This document shows, piece by piece, positions 1 through 10,814 of a stretch of DNA of 64,000 nucleotides. Source of the DNA: Candidatus Bathyarchaeota archaeon. GTDB lineage: Archaea > Thermoproteota > Bathyarchaeia > Bathyarchaeales > Bathycorpusculaceae. How positions within the stretch are numbered: position 1 is the first letter of the stretch; every line of letters begins with the position of its first letter. The stretch lies in assembly GCA_963782525.1 (NCBI GenBank), contig CAWAKC010000001.1, positions 96,001-160,000 of the forward strand. The letters are read 5' to 3'. Below the pieces are notes generated by a model. It was not told where the DNA came from and did not search any database. It worked only from the letters and a program-made list of their open reading frames with translations. The position numbers were made by a program, and so were the translations under genes.

Positions 1-259
1 GGAAATTTGCTGTTTGCATAAACTTTTTTTAATTATGCATGAACCGCCCCCGCACATTTGCATTGAGACAAGCGAAGAAACCTACAACCAACTCAGAGTG
101 CCTCAATTTAGTAAAAACAGACACTCTTTTCCACAGGGTAATGTAAGCGGAAAAAGCCAATTGCGACTTACCCCTATATAGAATCTGCAATGTAGTTTAA
201 TAAGATCCAATTATGATGGCGCTACTAAGTGCATTAACAAAAAAGGTAATTTAGAAAAA

Positions 260-571
260 TTATGGTTGGGAATTCTCAGTTGTTTCTTCTGCTTTGCGCT
301 TCCTAAAGAGAATGAACACATGACCGCGAACTTCCACCAACGCAGAATTTGTTTTCTCAGCTGCGTCGGCTGCGATTGCTTGAGCTGTAACTGCATCCTG
401 CATCGCTGCGGGCAAAATCCTGACTTTAACCATCTTGTTCCTCTGAAGTTGCTTCTCGATTTCGCCTGCTAGCTGTGGCGTTAAACCTTCTTTACCAACC
501 CAAATCGTTGGGTTCTCATCTTTCAAAACATGCCTAACATGGCGTTTCATTCGGGTTGTTATCTTGCTCAA
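260..571 (-). CDS. yhbY: YhbY/CRM-domain RNA-binding protein
   Basis: PTIWVGKEGLT, MVKVRIL and VEVRGHVFILFR motifs; lies next to Rpp21 as in the conserved archaeal cluster. Confidence 0.9.
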   Translation of the reverse strand: MSKITTRMKRHVRHVLKDENPTIWVGKEGLTPQLAGEIEKQLQRNKMVKVRILPAAMQDAVTAQAIAADAAEKTNSALVEVRGHVFILFRKRKAEETTENSQP

Positions 572-896
572 GTTTCTTTTGCTCCTGTTTCAGTTTTAAT
601 AGCATACGAGTTTGGTTGCCGCAGTTTAAACATGTTACTACAACGTGTGGCTCCCTTTTCTGTTTTATCCTAACCCGGCAGTTTACGCCTTGCACGAATA
701 GGCTGTTGCATTCTTTGCAGGTTCCGCGCCTAAACTCTACGGGCATGCGGATTTTGGCAGCCATAGCAATCTTTCTTGCTGACAAAACGTATTGTATAGC
801 CAGTTTGGGGTTAGATCTACCGACCTTCGTGGCTTGCTCAAATAGAATTTGAATTCGTTGCTTCGCAATTTGCTTCACATTGGTTTGCTGCTTCAT
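534..896 (-). CDS. rnp4: RNase P protein subunit Rpp21
   Basis: IAKQRIQILF N-terminus, CKEC...CLNCG zinc ribbon and RVR motif; ATG at 896 preferred over 917. Confidence 0.9.
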   Translation of the reverse strand: MKQQTNVKQIAKQRIQILFEQATKVGRSNPKLAIQYVLSARKIAMAAKIRMPVEFRRGTCKECNSLFVQGVNCRVRIKQKREPHVVVTCLNCGNQTRMLLKLKQEQKKLEQDNNPNETPC

Positions 897-952
897 GAAT
901 TTACCAAACAATCCCAAAGGCGCTATCCGATTACATAACGCTTGCGTTTAAA

Positions 953-1843
953 TTAACTGGCTTTCTGAGATAGCTCCAACTTCAACTTTTTAAGCGATTC
1001 AGCCATTATCAGAGGCTTATTCTTCAATGTCTTCTGTGCCTTTGAAGTGTCAAGTGAGGAATCCATGGGGCGTTTTGCTGGCCAAGTGAATTGCGAAGAC
1101 AAAACCGAATCGATTAAACTTTTGTCTAAATCGAAAGTGTCGGCAATTTGTTCAGCAAAGTTTAATCGACTTACCCTCGTTGCACCGCACGTATGGTAAA
1201 TCCCAGTAAGTCGGCGCTCTATAACTTCCAGAGTCATCTCAGCTAGGTTAGTGTTAAGCGTTGGCGTGTTCCATTGGTCAGTTACGATTTTGACGTGTTC
1301 GCCTTTTCGGAGGGTTTCGATTAGCCAGAGGGCAAAGTTGACTTTTCCAGCTGCTGGTGTTGAGCCGTAGATGACGCTGGGTCTGCCTATGAAGTATTCG
1401 GGTTGGGTTTGAACGATTTCTTCGGCTTTCAGTTTGGTTAATCCATAGTAGTTGATTGGATCAGGTTTGTCGGTTTCTTTGTAGTTGCCTTTTTCGCCGT
1501 TGAAAACGTAATCAGTTGAAATGTAAATCATAAATGAGCCTGCACTTTGGGCGGCTTCAACGATGTTTCTTGTGCCTTCGACGTTTATTTTCCATGCGAG
1601 CTCTTTGTTGGTTTCGCATTTATCCACGTCTGTTAATGTTGCTGCGTGGACGACGACGTCTGGTTTTATGGTTTTGAAAACTTCATCAACCTGTGTCTTC
1701 CCAGATATATCGAGCTTAACAAAGTTGCCATAGACTGATAGGCTTTGGATGTCAGAGGAGTAAACCTCGATTCCTTTGGCAATTGCGAGTTTGGCAAGTT
1801 TTGACCCGTACAGTCCGCTTGCGCCGGTAATTAGAAGCTTCAA
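953..1843 (-). CDS. rfbD: dTDP-4-dehydrorhamnose reductase
   Basis: GASGLYG, ISTDYVF, YGLTK and RPMDSSL motifs; TTG start at 1843 overlaps the rfbB stop. Confidence 0.92.
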   Translation of the reverse strand: MKLLITGASGLYGSKLAKLAIAKGIEVYSSDIQSLSVYGNFVKLDISGKTQVDEVFKTIKPDVVVHAATLTDVDKCETNKELAWKINVEGTRNIVEAAQSAGSFMIYISTDYVFNGEKGNYKETDKPDPINYYGLTKLKAEEIVQTQPEYFIGRPSVIYGSTPAAGKVNFALWLIETLRKGEHVKIVTDQWNTPTLNTNLAEMTLEVIERRLTGIYHTCGATRVSRLNFAEQIADTFDLDKSLIDSVLSSQFTWPAKRPMDSSLDTSKAQKTLKNKPLIMAESLKKLKLELSQKAS

Positions 1844-2847
1844 TGCATTCCACCGAGTTTCCAGGGTGTTGGATGCAAGATAACTTCTGTGGCAAAGGGG
1901 GTCCACCAGTGCTCGTTGTCAAGGTACCATTGAACCGTCGACTCCAAAGATTTCTCGAAACCGCACTTTGGTTTCCAACCAAGTTCAGTTCTGATTTTTG
2001 TGGAGTCCAAGCTGTAGCGGGTGTCATGTCCAGGGCGATCTTCAACGAATGTGATTAGGCTTTCAGGTTTGTGGAGTTGGCAAAGGATTTTTTTGACGAT
2101 TTCAATGTTGGTTATTTCGTTTCCTGCTGAAACGTTGTAGATTTCCCCAGCCTTGCCCTTTTCAAGTACGACGCTTAGGGCTTCACAATGGTCCTGAACA
2201 TTTATCCAGTCGCGTATGTTGGTTCCTGCTCCGTAGATTGGAATAGGCAGGTCTCTTAACGCGCGGATAACTGTTTTGGGGATTAATTTTTCGGGTAACT
2301 GGTATGGACCGAAGTTGTTGGTACACCGTGTTATGGAGACGTTCAAGCCGAAAGTTCGGTGGTATGATAGTACAAACATATCTGCGGCTGCTTTTGAAGC
2401 TGAATAAGGATTTGATGGTTTAGGCGGGGTGGTTTCTGTAAATGAACCTTCAAGGGCTTCTCCGTAAACCTCGTCTGTGGATACCTGCAATAATCGGGCT
2501 TTGTGATTATGTCGTCTTATGGCTTCCAAGATAATGAATGTGCCAACAGTGTTGTTCTGTAAGAAAACGTTGGGGTCAGAGATACTTCGGTCAACATGGG
2601 TTTCCGCCGCGATGTTCACTACTGCATCGACTTGATGGATGAGTCGGTTCATGAGTTGTGGGTTGCAGATGTCTCCTTTGATGAAGGTGTAGCGTTTGTC
2701 GTTCTCTATTTCATGCAGGTTAGCTGGGTTAGCGCCTATGCCTATTTTGTCAACGTTTATCAGTTCTACGTCAGGGTACTTTGCAAGCATGAGTCTGCAG
2801 AAGTTGCTTCCGATAAATCCTAAACCGCCTGTAACTAACAGTTTCAT
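1840..2847 (-). CDS. rfbB: dTDP-glucose 4,6-dehydratase
   Basis: GGLGFIG, AAETHVDRSI, STDEVYG, YSASK and DRPGHD motifs. Confidence 0.96.
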   Translation of the reverse strand: MKLLVTGGLGFIGSNFCRLMLAKYPDVELINVDKIGIGANPANLHEIENDKRYTFIKGDICNPQLMNRLIHQVDAVVNIAAETHVDRSISDPNVFLQNNTVGTFIILEAIRRHNHKARLLQVSTDEVYGEALEGSFTETTPPKPSNPYSASKAAADMFVLSYHRTFGLNVSITRCTNNFGPYQLPEKLIPKTVIRALRDLPIPIYGAGTNIRDWINVQDHCEALSVVLEKGKAGEIYNVSAGNEITNIEIVKKILCQLHKPESLITFVEDRPGHDTRYSLDSTKIRTELGWKPKCGFEKSLESTVQWYLDNEHWWTPFATEVILHPTPWKLGGMH

Positions 2848-2853
2848 AGTTCA

Positions 2854-3357
2854 TCACTTGTGGGGTGGGATATTCCAGTTCCAAGGTTTACCAACACGTG
2901 AATCATCTTTTTTACCATTTATGCTTTTGGGGATAAGTGTTGGGTCATCCCAAGCGCGGCGTTCTTCATCAGGGTCCTTTGCATCATACAAATTAGTTGT
3001 GAAGTAAAGCAACATCGCAGGTTCGTTGCCCACTGCTTTGAAACCATGCCAATAATGTCCTGGCATACGCACTACCTGCAAATCGGAGCCGCTGCTGACA
3101 ACTTCATCTAACTCGCCCGTTTCGTCATCAAAGGCGCAAATCTTTATCGTACCCTTTAGTGCCAAAAAATAGTCGTTCTGGCCCCGGACATGTCGGTGCC
3201 AAGCGCGAATACCTTCTGGGAAAGTGAACGAGTGGTTAGCTTGAACGATGGTATCTTCTTCGAAGAGGTCTTTCCAATCTTTCCGCATAACTTCTGTGAA
3301 GAAGCCTCTTTCGTCTGGAAACCGACGCAATTGTCTAATTCTTATCCCTTTTAACAT
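2854..3357 (-). CDS. rfbC: dTDP-4-dehydrorhamnose 3,5-epimerase (cupin)
   Basis: DERGFFTE, IRAWHRH and HGFK motifs; rml operon context. Confidence 0.88.
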   Translation of the reverse strand: MLKGIRIRQLRRFPDERGFFTEVMRKDWKDLFEEDTIVQANHSFTFPEGIRAWHRHVRGQNDYFLALKGTIKICAFDDETGELDEVVSSGSDLQVVRMPGHYWHGFKAVGNEPAMLLYFTTNLYDAKDPDEERRAWDDPTLIPKSINGKKDDSRVGKPWNWNIPPHK

Positions 3358-3425
3358 AAGTTATACCCTGCTTACAGTCAATCTTATCGTTTAAAAAACT
3401 TTATAACGGTTGCCTTTTTTAGGGG

Positions 3426-4484
3426 TTAAACTTCCACTTCCGAGTAGTCGCCGACATGCAGTTTTATGGTTCTGTTTCTCTGGTTTCTAGTTACCTTGGC
3501 GTTTTTGCCAATTAAACTATCTTCAAGCCGCTCAACACCGTTAACCGTAACACTATCTTGTACAACGCAGTATTCTAGGTTGGAGCTGCAAATTTTTGAG
3601 TTATCGCCTATGCTGGTGTAGGGACCGATGAAAGAATCCTCAATCAACACGCCCTTCCCTATCACGCATGGTCCTCTGATGGTACTGTTTACAATTTTGG
3701 CTTCAAGCTCAACCTTCACTCTGCCATCTACCACGCTATCCGTTACTGTTCCTTTTATGTCTCTCTGAATGTATTCGTCAAGTATCCGCGCGTTGGCAGA
3801 TAAAATGTCGTCTTTTTTGCCCGTGTCAAGCCACCAAGAATTCAAGATTTCAGCTTTAACTTTAAAGCCCATGTTAATCATTTCTTGAATGGCATCGGTT
3901 ATTTCTAGTTCACCGCGCCATGAAGGCTTTATTCGTTCTATGGCTTCATGAACTTTATTGGAGAACAGGTAGGTGCCAATTATTGCCAAGTTACCCATGA
4001 AAGTTTTAGGTTTCTCCACAAGACGGATGATGTTACCTTCATCATCTAGCTGGGCTATACCAAAGCTTGAGGGGTTATCCACTTCCTTGAGAATAATGAG
4101 TGCATCAAGATGTTCATTTTTGAATTTTTTAACAAACGTTTCCAAGCCTTGACCCGTAACGTTGTCGCCTAAGCACATCACAAAGGAATCCTGACCGAGA
4201 AAACCTTTAGCGGTTTTAACAGCATGTGCCAAACCGAGTGGTTCCTGAGGAATGTAGGAAACGTTCAGGTTCCAGTTTGAACCATCTTTAACGTAATCCT
4301 CGACGAACTGACCAGTCTCGTGTGCTGTGATGATGCCGACTTTTTTTATGCTGGTTGATGCAACTTGGTCAAGAACATATCCCAAGATGGGTTTGTTAGC
4401 CACTGGAATTAGCTGCTTGGCACAGGTGAAAGTTAATGGTCTAAGTCTGGTTCCTTTCCCGCCGCTGAGAACGAGCGCTTTCAT
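3426..4484 (-). CDS. rfbA: Glucose-1-phosphate thymidylyltransferase, long form with C-terminal left-handed beta-helix
   Basis: GGKGTRLRPLT, KQLIPVANKP, EKP, RGELEITDAI and WLDTG motifs. Confidence 0.95.
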   Translation of the reverse strand: MKALVLSGGKGTRLRPLTFTCAKQLIPVANKPILGYVLDQVASTSIKKVGIITAHETGQFVEDYVKDGSNWNLNVSYIPQEPLGLAHAVKTAKGFLGQDSFVMCLGDNVTGQGLETFVKKFKNEHLDALIILKEVDNPSSFGIAQLDDEGNIIRLVEKPKTFMGNLAIIGTYLFSNKVHEAIERIKPSWRGELEITDAIQEMINMGFKVKAEILNSWWLDTGKKDDILSANARILDEYIQRDIKGTVTDSVVDGRVKVELEAKIVNSTIRGPCVIGKGVLIEDSFIGPYTSIGDNSKICSSNLEYCVVQDSVTVNGVERLEDSLIGKNAKVTRNQRNRTIKLHVGDYSEVEV

Positions 4485-4891
4485 TTTAATCCCCCAATTA
4501 TATAATATCTGTAGTATGACTTACTTTTCCCTATTAAATAATTACATTAACCAGTTGTAGTTGCACAGGCACAACCACATACGTCTATTAACAAAAATAA
4601 ACAATGATTATACCAAGCCCTCATCCGCCAAAGAAAGGGGAGCTAACATGAAAAAATCGAAAGACCTTTTATTTTCTTCTTTGATTGATCGAAAAACGAA
4701 GTGTAAATTTATCAGCTTATGCAGCCTCTACTCGAGCGCAAGTTACACTTGCACACATACAGGCGGTAACTACTGTGGCAAGTACAGGAAATTAAATAAC
4801 CTTAAAGAAAAATTAGGGAACCAAAACCAGACATTAATCGAAGTAGCACAATAATTTTCCTTCTGAAACAACATATATTTTTTCAATTGAA

Positions 4892-6490
4892 CTATTCTAC
4901 TTTGAGATTCCTTTTTCTTTTTAAGGAATTCATCAACTTTTCAACTAAGTTAATTATCATAACCAACGGTTTTCGCAATGGGCCCATTGCGTTGGCAACT
5001 TCACGAATATTTACCAAGTCAGCCTTTTTTAGGGTTTGAGTGACCACAGCAAAAACTATGAAAGCAAACACAAAAAGAACTGCACCTACAATTAATTTTA
5101 TTGGATTGCTGAATGGTAATATAGAGATTGCAAAGTAAGTTAGGAGTCCAGCTACGGCCGAAGAAATGGTAATCTTTGCCGAAGAAACCCAATCCACCGA
5201 AACTCCGAAATTATTTTTAATAAACCGTAAGCTTAAGAAAAAGCTTGGAAGGCTAAACGTCGTTGATGCTACTATTAAGCCTATGATTCCGAATTGGGAA
5301 ATCAAAACAAAACTCAATGGAAAGCCTATGGCAACGCTGAGAAGGGTTAGTTTCAGATTGTATTTTGTGTGTCCTTGACCGTTAATTAGGTTAGTTGTGC
5401 TTAGGCTACCAAGAGCTGAAAAAAGATAAATCACCGATAGTAAGGCAAGATAAAGAGGCGCCTGAACATACTTGTCTTCGAAAATGGTTCCGATGGCGGG
5501 CTGCGCTAAGGCCATAACCAATACTGTGACTGGAACTACAATTAGGGCAGCGTACTTAACTGAAAATTGGAAAACATTCCGAAGGGTTTCTTTGTCTTTT
5601 TGAGCATCCAGTTTGGAGAATGCTGGGAACAACATAGTTGTTACAGGAGTTGCGAAGAATGTTATCAAGACAACAAAGTTCAATGCTACAGAATAATTCC
5701 CGATGTAAGCATTATCTGTAACGAAAATTGCCATTATAGTGCTGTTAAATTGGGTCAGAAAACCAGATAGAATTGCGCCAATGGAAAGTGGCAATCCATA
5801 TCTTAGCATGGTCTTAATCGTTTTCATTAACTCTAATGCACCAGTCATTGGCTTAGGCAGCGACTGATACATTACGAACATAAGCAAAACTCCAATTAAC
5901 CCTGCAAATAAAACGCCGACTGAAAACCCAATGACTGCGCCAAGAGTACCTAAACCTACAGCCACGAGGGCAATAATCAAGGCTGTTTTTACAATCGATT
6001 GAACAATCAACATGACACTGTTTAGGTGCATTTTCTCTAGGCCAGTGAAAGTGGCAGATGCAGTATTAACTAAAGCGCCTGTCAAGATAAACAATGAAGC
6101 TATTTGGATTAACTGAACGATTGCTGGTCGCCCATAGAATTGAGCCAGAAATTGGGAGAGTGCCAAAGACAAAACCGAAAGCGCTAAACCCACGATTATT
6201 TCGAAGGCCAATCCCGAAACGAAAACACTCCGTATTTTCGCCACGTTATTTTCGCTGTTAGCTTCTGCAGAATACTTTATCATCGCCGTGGTTACTCCCC
6301 AATCCCTAAACGTGGCGATTAGGTTGGGTGCGGCAAGAGCAATAGCGTATAAACCCATGTTGTCAGGGCCTAAAAGCCTTGCGATAACAATCGTGCCAAC
6401 AGCAGAGATAACGGTAGACATGACTAGACCCCAAAGTAGGTGAAAGCCTCCTTTGGCTGAAACCCGAGCCATCTCTGTAGCCTTAGACAA
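4892..6490 (-). CDS. Wzx/RfbX-type oligosaccharide flippase (MOP superfamily)
   Basis: About 14 hydrophobic segments; ARLLGPDNMGLY and FPAFSKL motifs; glycan locus context. Confidence 0.85.
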   Translation of the reverse strand: MSKATEMARVSAKGGFHLLWGLVMSTVISAVGTIVIARLLGPDNMGLYAIALAAPNLIATFRDWGVTTAMIKYSAEANSENNVAKIRSVFVSGLAFEIIVGLALSVLSLALSQFLAQFYGRPAIVQLIQIASLFILTGALVNTASATFTGLEKMHLNSVMLIVQSIVKTALIIALVAVGLGTLGAVIGFSVGVLFAGLIGVLLMFVMYQSLPKPMTGALELMKTIKTMLRYGLPLSIGAILSGFLTQFNSTIMAIFVTDNAYIGNYSVALNFVVLITFFATPVTTMLFPAFSKLDAQKDKETLRNVFQFSVKYAALIVVPVTVLVMALAQPAIGTIFEDKYVQAPLYLALLSVIYLFSALGSLSTTNLINGQGHTKYNLKLTLLSVAIGFPLSFVLISQFGIIGLIVASTTFSLPSFFLSLRFIKNNFGVSVDWVSSAKITISSAVAGLLTYFAISILPFSNPIKLIVGAVLFVFAFIVFAVVTQTLKKADLVNIREVANAMGPLRKPLVMIINLVEKLMNSLKRKRNLKVE

Positions 6491-7157
6491 TCTCTCTTCC
6501 TGTCGCCTGACTCTTTATGGGTTAACTGTTGACTTTATGTATCGTTTATCACTTTTGGTGTCTCTACGGGTTTTTATTTCATTTTATTTGTGGTTATGGG
6601 TTTTTTTGTGCCACTTCTTTTTTGTTGTGTGATTTGTTGTGTTTTGTTTTTGGGTTGTTTTTTGCAAGTTGTTTAGTTGTGGTGTGGAGGTTTTGTTTCA
6701 CAAGTGTACATGAGGCTATGTTGTGTTAGGCGGTTGTGATAGCGGGGCATGTTGAGTTTTTTTGGGAATTCTGATGATTCCGTGGCTCCTTAACCGCGGG
6801 TGGAAGAACACCCAAGAAATTAATTAAGTTTAGTCTGTACTGAGAAGTATCTATTTCGCTTCAGCCAGTTTCTTGATTCCATACATGGTTGGCATCTTAG
6901 TCTTTGAAAGGCTTCTTTATTCTGGTTTTTTGGATATATTCTGCAGTCTGAAATATCCCTTTTAAGCCTTTTTCGACTTTGTTTTTAACATCGGGAGAAA
7001 AACTTTATGAGCTCAGCCGCAAAAACTTATACCTCGCCACTTGGCTTGTACGTCATTGTAGTAGCTGAGCAACCACATAAGTTAATATCTTCTTTCAAGA
7101 ATACTTGTTTAGAGCTAAGTTTTAGTGTAAAAAAATTGTTCGCAGGAGTTTTTCAGG

Positions 7158-7376
7158 ATGAAGTTTAGATGGGTATTCTTGTTAGCTGCAAACTTTGCAA
7201 ATTCTATATTCATGGTTTTCATTTTATTATCAATGTATCTCAAAAGTTCGCATACAGTTACTTTAATTGAGCCCAACGAACTCATCATAACAGCCGAAGT
7301 GTTCTTTTCAATCTTTATTGTAATTTCAAGCGTTACAGTGGCAGGTTGGAACTTTCTAAAACAAAATAAAGCTTAG
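7158..7376 (+). CDS. Small two-TM membrane protein, hypothetical
   Basis: ATG with upstream GGAG; two hydrophobic helices. Confidence 0.45.
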   Translation: MKFRWVFLLAANFANSIFMVFILLSMYLKSSHTVTLIEPNELIITAEVFFSIFIVISSVTVAGWNFLKQNKA

Positions 7377-7401
7377 ACTGATTCGTCAACTGTCAAAATG
7401 T

Positions 7402-9234
7402 TTAGATCATGTAGTCTTGACTTTCATTTTGTTTCTCCGCTCCATTGCCATCTACGTCGCCTTCAACTATTTCATCGACAATTTCCACCGATATGTAACC
7501 TCTCTTAAAAGCCACAACTGACAAAACAAACAACACAGCCACAACCGAAGCCGCTATCACTATTGTCTGCGTGGAAAACAGGTTGTCTTGTGTAGAGGTG
7601 AGTGTGGGAGGTGGGGTTTGTGAGGATGGTGAAGTTGCGGTTGGAGTCGGAGTTGTTGTAGGTGTTGGGCTTGTGTTTGGCGTGGAACTCGACGTAGGAG
7701 TTGGCGAAGGTGCAGAAGATTCATTTGTTGTTGTAACAGTGTACAAGCCTGAATCTGCCCAGACATTCAAAGAGTTATTAGCGTACTCCCGAAAACCAAC
7801 AACAGCCCCAACCTTATTGTTCAAGGTTAACGTGGCATTGCCCCAGCATGGAGTAGAAGAGAAAGCCACCCAAGACGCATTATCCCACTGCCCAGTATTA
7901 TTCGTACTAAAAACATAGCCACCTCTCGACAAACTATATGTATCAGTCCAAAGAGCAGAAAAAGTCATACTAGTGCCCGCAACAACTGAAGTCGATAGAA
8001 ATTTTAATGCAGAGGGTGGAGGAGTAGCTTGGTTCCAATCTAACTCTGCAGTTGAAGAAGCATCAAGAGTTAAAGTTATCGTGTTGTTTTGACTATTCCA
8101 AAAGCCTGATGTAAAAACTGGGCATCCCATATTAGTCCATAAATTAATAATGGCGGTGCTGTTTGAAGTGAAAGTCAAGCGATTATCTGTAAAGAAGTCG
8201 GTACAAGTTACTAATGTAGAATTGCCGCCGTCTACTGGGTTGTCGAGGTGAATTAACAAGGTATTGTTTGTGGCTGAATCGACATACCTGTAGTAATCGG
8301 TTAAAGAGATAGGATCAGGCTGTGTGTATAAGTCCATGAGTTCAGGGGCGATTAAACTACGATTATATATTCTTACATCATCGATTGAGCCGTCCAAAAA
8401 TAGAGACCTACCGCCATTCCTTGCACCGATTGTGATATTGTTATTGGTACCGTAAAGAGCTACACCACCAAATGATTGCTGACCCAAAAAAACGCCGTCC
8501 CAATAGCCTTTCAAATAACCAGTTGTACTATCATAAGTTAGCACGGCTAAATGGAATTTGCTGTCGTTGTAATCTGAGGGCAGGGCAAAAGTAAACGGGC
8601 TTTCCGCAGAAGAAGTTTTCCACCAACCGGTAAGTTTTGTTAAATTAGCAATCGATAGGAAAGAGTGATTATCTGTGAAACCTACTATAGTTTGCTGTGA
8701 ACTATTCGAACTTTTTAACCATGCTGAAATAGTGACAGCGTTTCCTGTAATATTAAGACCCTGTTCGCTGCCACATGCTACATAGCCAAATCCGGTAAAG
8801 CTTAGGCTATCTCCAAATTTTCCCGCAGCCCACACAGCGTTGTTTATCGTTCCATTAACCCTATTTCCGCTTCGGTCATTCACAGCTAAACCAGACCCTT
8901 CATCGAAATTCCAATATCCAGCCAAACTATTGTCATTAATAACTCCCAGATAGGGAGAACTAAGCAAGTGTACAGGATGATTGAAATTAAAATAAGCGGA
9001 ACTCTGGAAACTCCACTGGTCAGTTTGTTCATAGTCTATATCTGAGAGGGCAATTGGAATACTTAACAAAAACGAAATGAGTAAAAAACAGAGGAGCGCT
9101 TTTTTGATAATTACATTCAATCTATTGATGTTCGGAGTTCTATCATGATAATTCCTAACAAATAACTGCCTGGGTAAAAGGCAATTTTTAAAATCTATTC
9201 GGTAACTTAGTGCTCCTTTGTATTCTAGTAGCAT
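7402..9234 (-). CDS. Membrane-anchored LamG/concanavalin-like domain surface glycoprotein (start may be near 9120)
   Basis: LAGYWNFDEGSG...GSIDDVRIYNRSL LamG motifs, signal-like N-terminus, P/T/S-rich linker, C-terminal TM followed by KR, many NxS/T sequons. Confidence 0.85.
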   Translation of the reverse strand: MLLEYKGALSYRIDFKNCLLPRQLFVRNYHDRTPNINRLNVIIKKALLCFLLISFLLSIPIALSDIDYEQTDQWSFQSSAYFNFNHPVHLLSSPYLGVINDNSLAGYWNFDEGSGLAVNDRSGNRVNGTINNAVWAAGKFGDSLSFTGFGYVACGSEQGLNITGNAVTISAWLKSSNSSQQTIVGFTDNHSFLSIANLTKLTGWWKTSSAESPFTFALPSDYNDSKFHLAVLTYDSTTGYLKGYWDGVFLGQQSFGGVALYGTNNNITIGARNGGRSLFLDGSIDDVRIYNRSLIAPELMDLYTQPDPISLTDYYRYVDSATNNTLLIHLDNPVDGGNSTLVTCTDFFTDNRLTFTSNSTAIINLWTNMGCPVFTSGFWNSQNNTITLTLDASSTAELDWNQATPPPSALKFLSTSVVAGTSMTFSALWTDTYSLSRGGYVFSTNNTGQWDNASWVAFSSTPCWGNATLTLNNKVGAVVGFREYANNSLNVWADSGLYTVTTTNESSAPSPTPTSSSTPNTSPTPTTTPTPTATSPSSQTPPPTLTSTQDNLFSTQTIVIAASVVAVLFVLSVVAFKRGYISVEIVDEIVEGDVDGNGAEKQNESQDYMI

Positions 9235-9238
9235 TGGA

Positions 9239-10273
9239 TCAAACTTCTTTATCTTTTACCAAATTCGCCATAAATAGTGGAAAATAAGACATCATTTTAT
9301 TCAGAGCCTCTTTATCGCTCACGCGCCTTGCATATTTTTGAACACTATAACGTTTTATTAGAATACTCCGAATATTTTTTGAAACCCATCTGATTCCAGA
9401 GAAAAATCCTTTTACTGCTCCATCTCGACTTCTTTTGGGGAAAGACAGGTAGTAGATAAAATTCATTGTTAGCGCAGGAATAACATAAAAGAACACGTTG
9501 GGTAGCTGATAGTTCTTCAATATAGTAGCTAATAGGTTCTTCGTTTGGTGAAAATAGCGGATTTGGCAAGAGACCGAAGACATGGTAGAGCTTACCCTGT
9601 GAATCACAGTGGCTTTTGAAAAACAAAGAACATGATAACCATTCAACCAAACCTTCCAAGAAAGGTCAAGGTCCTCACATAGAAAGAAAAAGTCTGCATC
9701 AAACAACCCCGTGACGTCTATAACTGATTTTCTTACCAAAAGGGCAGCTCCTTTTCCGTATGAAATAATGAACAAATTATCAAATCTTTTTTCGTAAACT
9801 CTGTTCCGCCCTATGCTAAATCCCCAACCGGTACGGTCGACTATGTAACCAAGAGAATCAATCACCTGAGTTTTCTGAGAAAGAATCAACTTCGGTTGAA
9901 CAATGCCAACGGTTTGGCAGTTCTCCATTACTGTTACCAGCTGCTTAATGCAGTCTTTATCAACCAAAGTATCGTTGTTAAGAAGGAATAGATACTTGCC
10001 ACTTGAAAAGGTGGCTCCGATATTGTTCGCCTCAGCAAACCCTGAGTTATAACCAAGGGGTACCAATTTTAAATCAGTAACATTCGGTCGTTTGAATTTT
10101 GGAATGTCCTCTTCGCTTATGTCACCTGATCCGTTGTCAACTACAATGATTTCTAATAGTGGGTAATCGCTCAGCACTAAGCTTTCTAAACAATCTAGCA
10201 ATAGATTACGATTCTTATAAGTCACTATAATAACGGATACTATCGGCTGGGTATTGCTATTCATTTTTAACAC
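9239..10273 (-). CDS. GT2 glycosyltransferase (rhamnosyltransferase-like)
   Basis: VVDNGS, NSGFAEANN, LLNND and CEDLDL motifs. Confidence 0.9.
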   Translation of the reverse strand: MLKMNSNTQPIVSVIIVTYKNRNLLLDCLESLVLSDYPLLEIIVVDNGSGDISEEDIPKFKRPNVTDLKLVPLGYNSGFAEANNIGATFSSGKYLFLLNNDTLVDKDCIKQLVTVMENCQTVGIVQPKLILSQKTQVIDSLGYIVDRTGWGFSIGRNRVYEKRFDNLFIISYGKGAALLVRKSVIDVTGLFDADFFFLCEDLDLSWKVWLNGYHVLCFSKATVIHRVSSTMSSVSCQIRYFHQTKNLLATILKNYQLPNVFFYVIPALTMNFIYYLSFPKRSRDGAVKGFFSGIRWVSKNIRSILIKRYSVQKYARRVSDKEALNKMMSYFPLFMANLVKDKEV

Positions 10274-10814
10274 TTTTGATTTTACTTAAAAGTAAAAAAA
10301 GGACAAACAACCAGAAACCCGATAGAAGTAAAAGAAAAACTGTAGGGGTACTTACATATAGAAAAGGTAGTTGTCCAATAATGTAATAGCTATCGTAGTT
10401 AAGATTTTGGGAATTTTGTGTCCATAATTCAAATAATTTTATCAATGAGTCATTGAAAAAGAAGAAAGCGAAAACTAAACTTAACACGCATGCAAGGACT
10501 AGAGCTCCGAAAAGTAACTTGAAGTAGTTGTCAAGTCTAAAGTGAAGTTGTCTACGACCAAGCGATACTTGGATATGGCGCTTAGAGATAAACGATCGAT
10601 TTTTCAGGTTTTTCCTAGTGTAAGCCAATCCCACTGCACAAGCAATCGCTAAAACTATTTCTATATGGCTATCAGCTAAAGTTGTCATAGATGATGCAGA
10701 ACCGTTCGTCAACTGCAAGTCAATGCCCCAAAGGTGATTAAAGGAAATAGCTATCGTTATCACCAATAGGAGCCACAACCCCATTTCAGTTATTTCTTCT
10801 TTGTCCATTTTCAA
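10257..10814 (-). CDS. Hypothetical membrane protein (about 4 TM)
   Basis: Hydrophobic segments; overlaps both neighbours in the operon. Confidence 0.6.
   Translation of the reverse strand: MKMDKEEITEMGLWLLLVITIAISFNHLWGIDLQLTNGSASSMTTLADSHIEIVLAIACAVGLAYTRKNLKNRSFISKRHIQVSLGRRQLHFRLDNYFKLLFGALVLACVLSLVFAFFFFNDSLIKLFELWTQNSQNLNYDSYYIIGQLPFLYVSTPTVFLLLLSGFWLFVLFLLLSKIKSVKNE

Noticed and set aside
4561-4854. 97-aa plus-strand ORF between rfbA and the flippase
   Set aside because: TTG start, no recognisable motif, and AT-rich intergenic character.
6529-6729. 66-aa F/C/V-rich ORF
   Set aside because: A by-product of a low-complexity G/T tract.
6765-6845. Possible C/D box sRNA (TGATGA...CTGA) with two small hairpins
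   Set aside because: There are no convincing internal C'/D' boxes and the spacing is atypical.
7600-7720. Short quasi-repeats suggestive of an array
   Set aside because: They encode the P/T/S linker of the LamG protein; there is no repeat-spacer structure, so this is not CRISPR.
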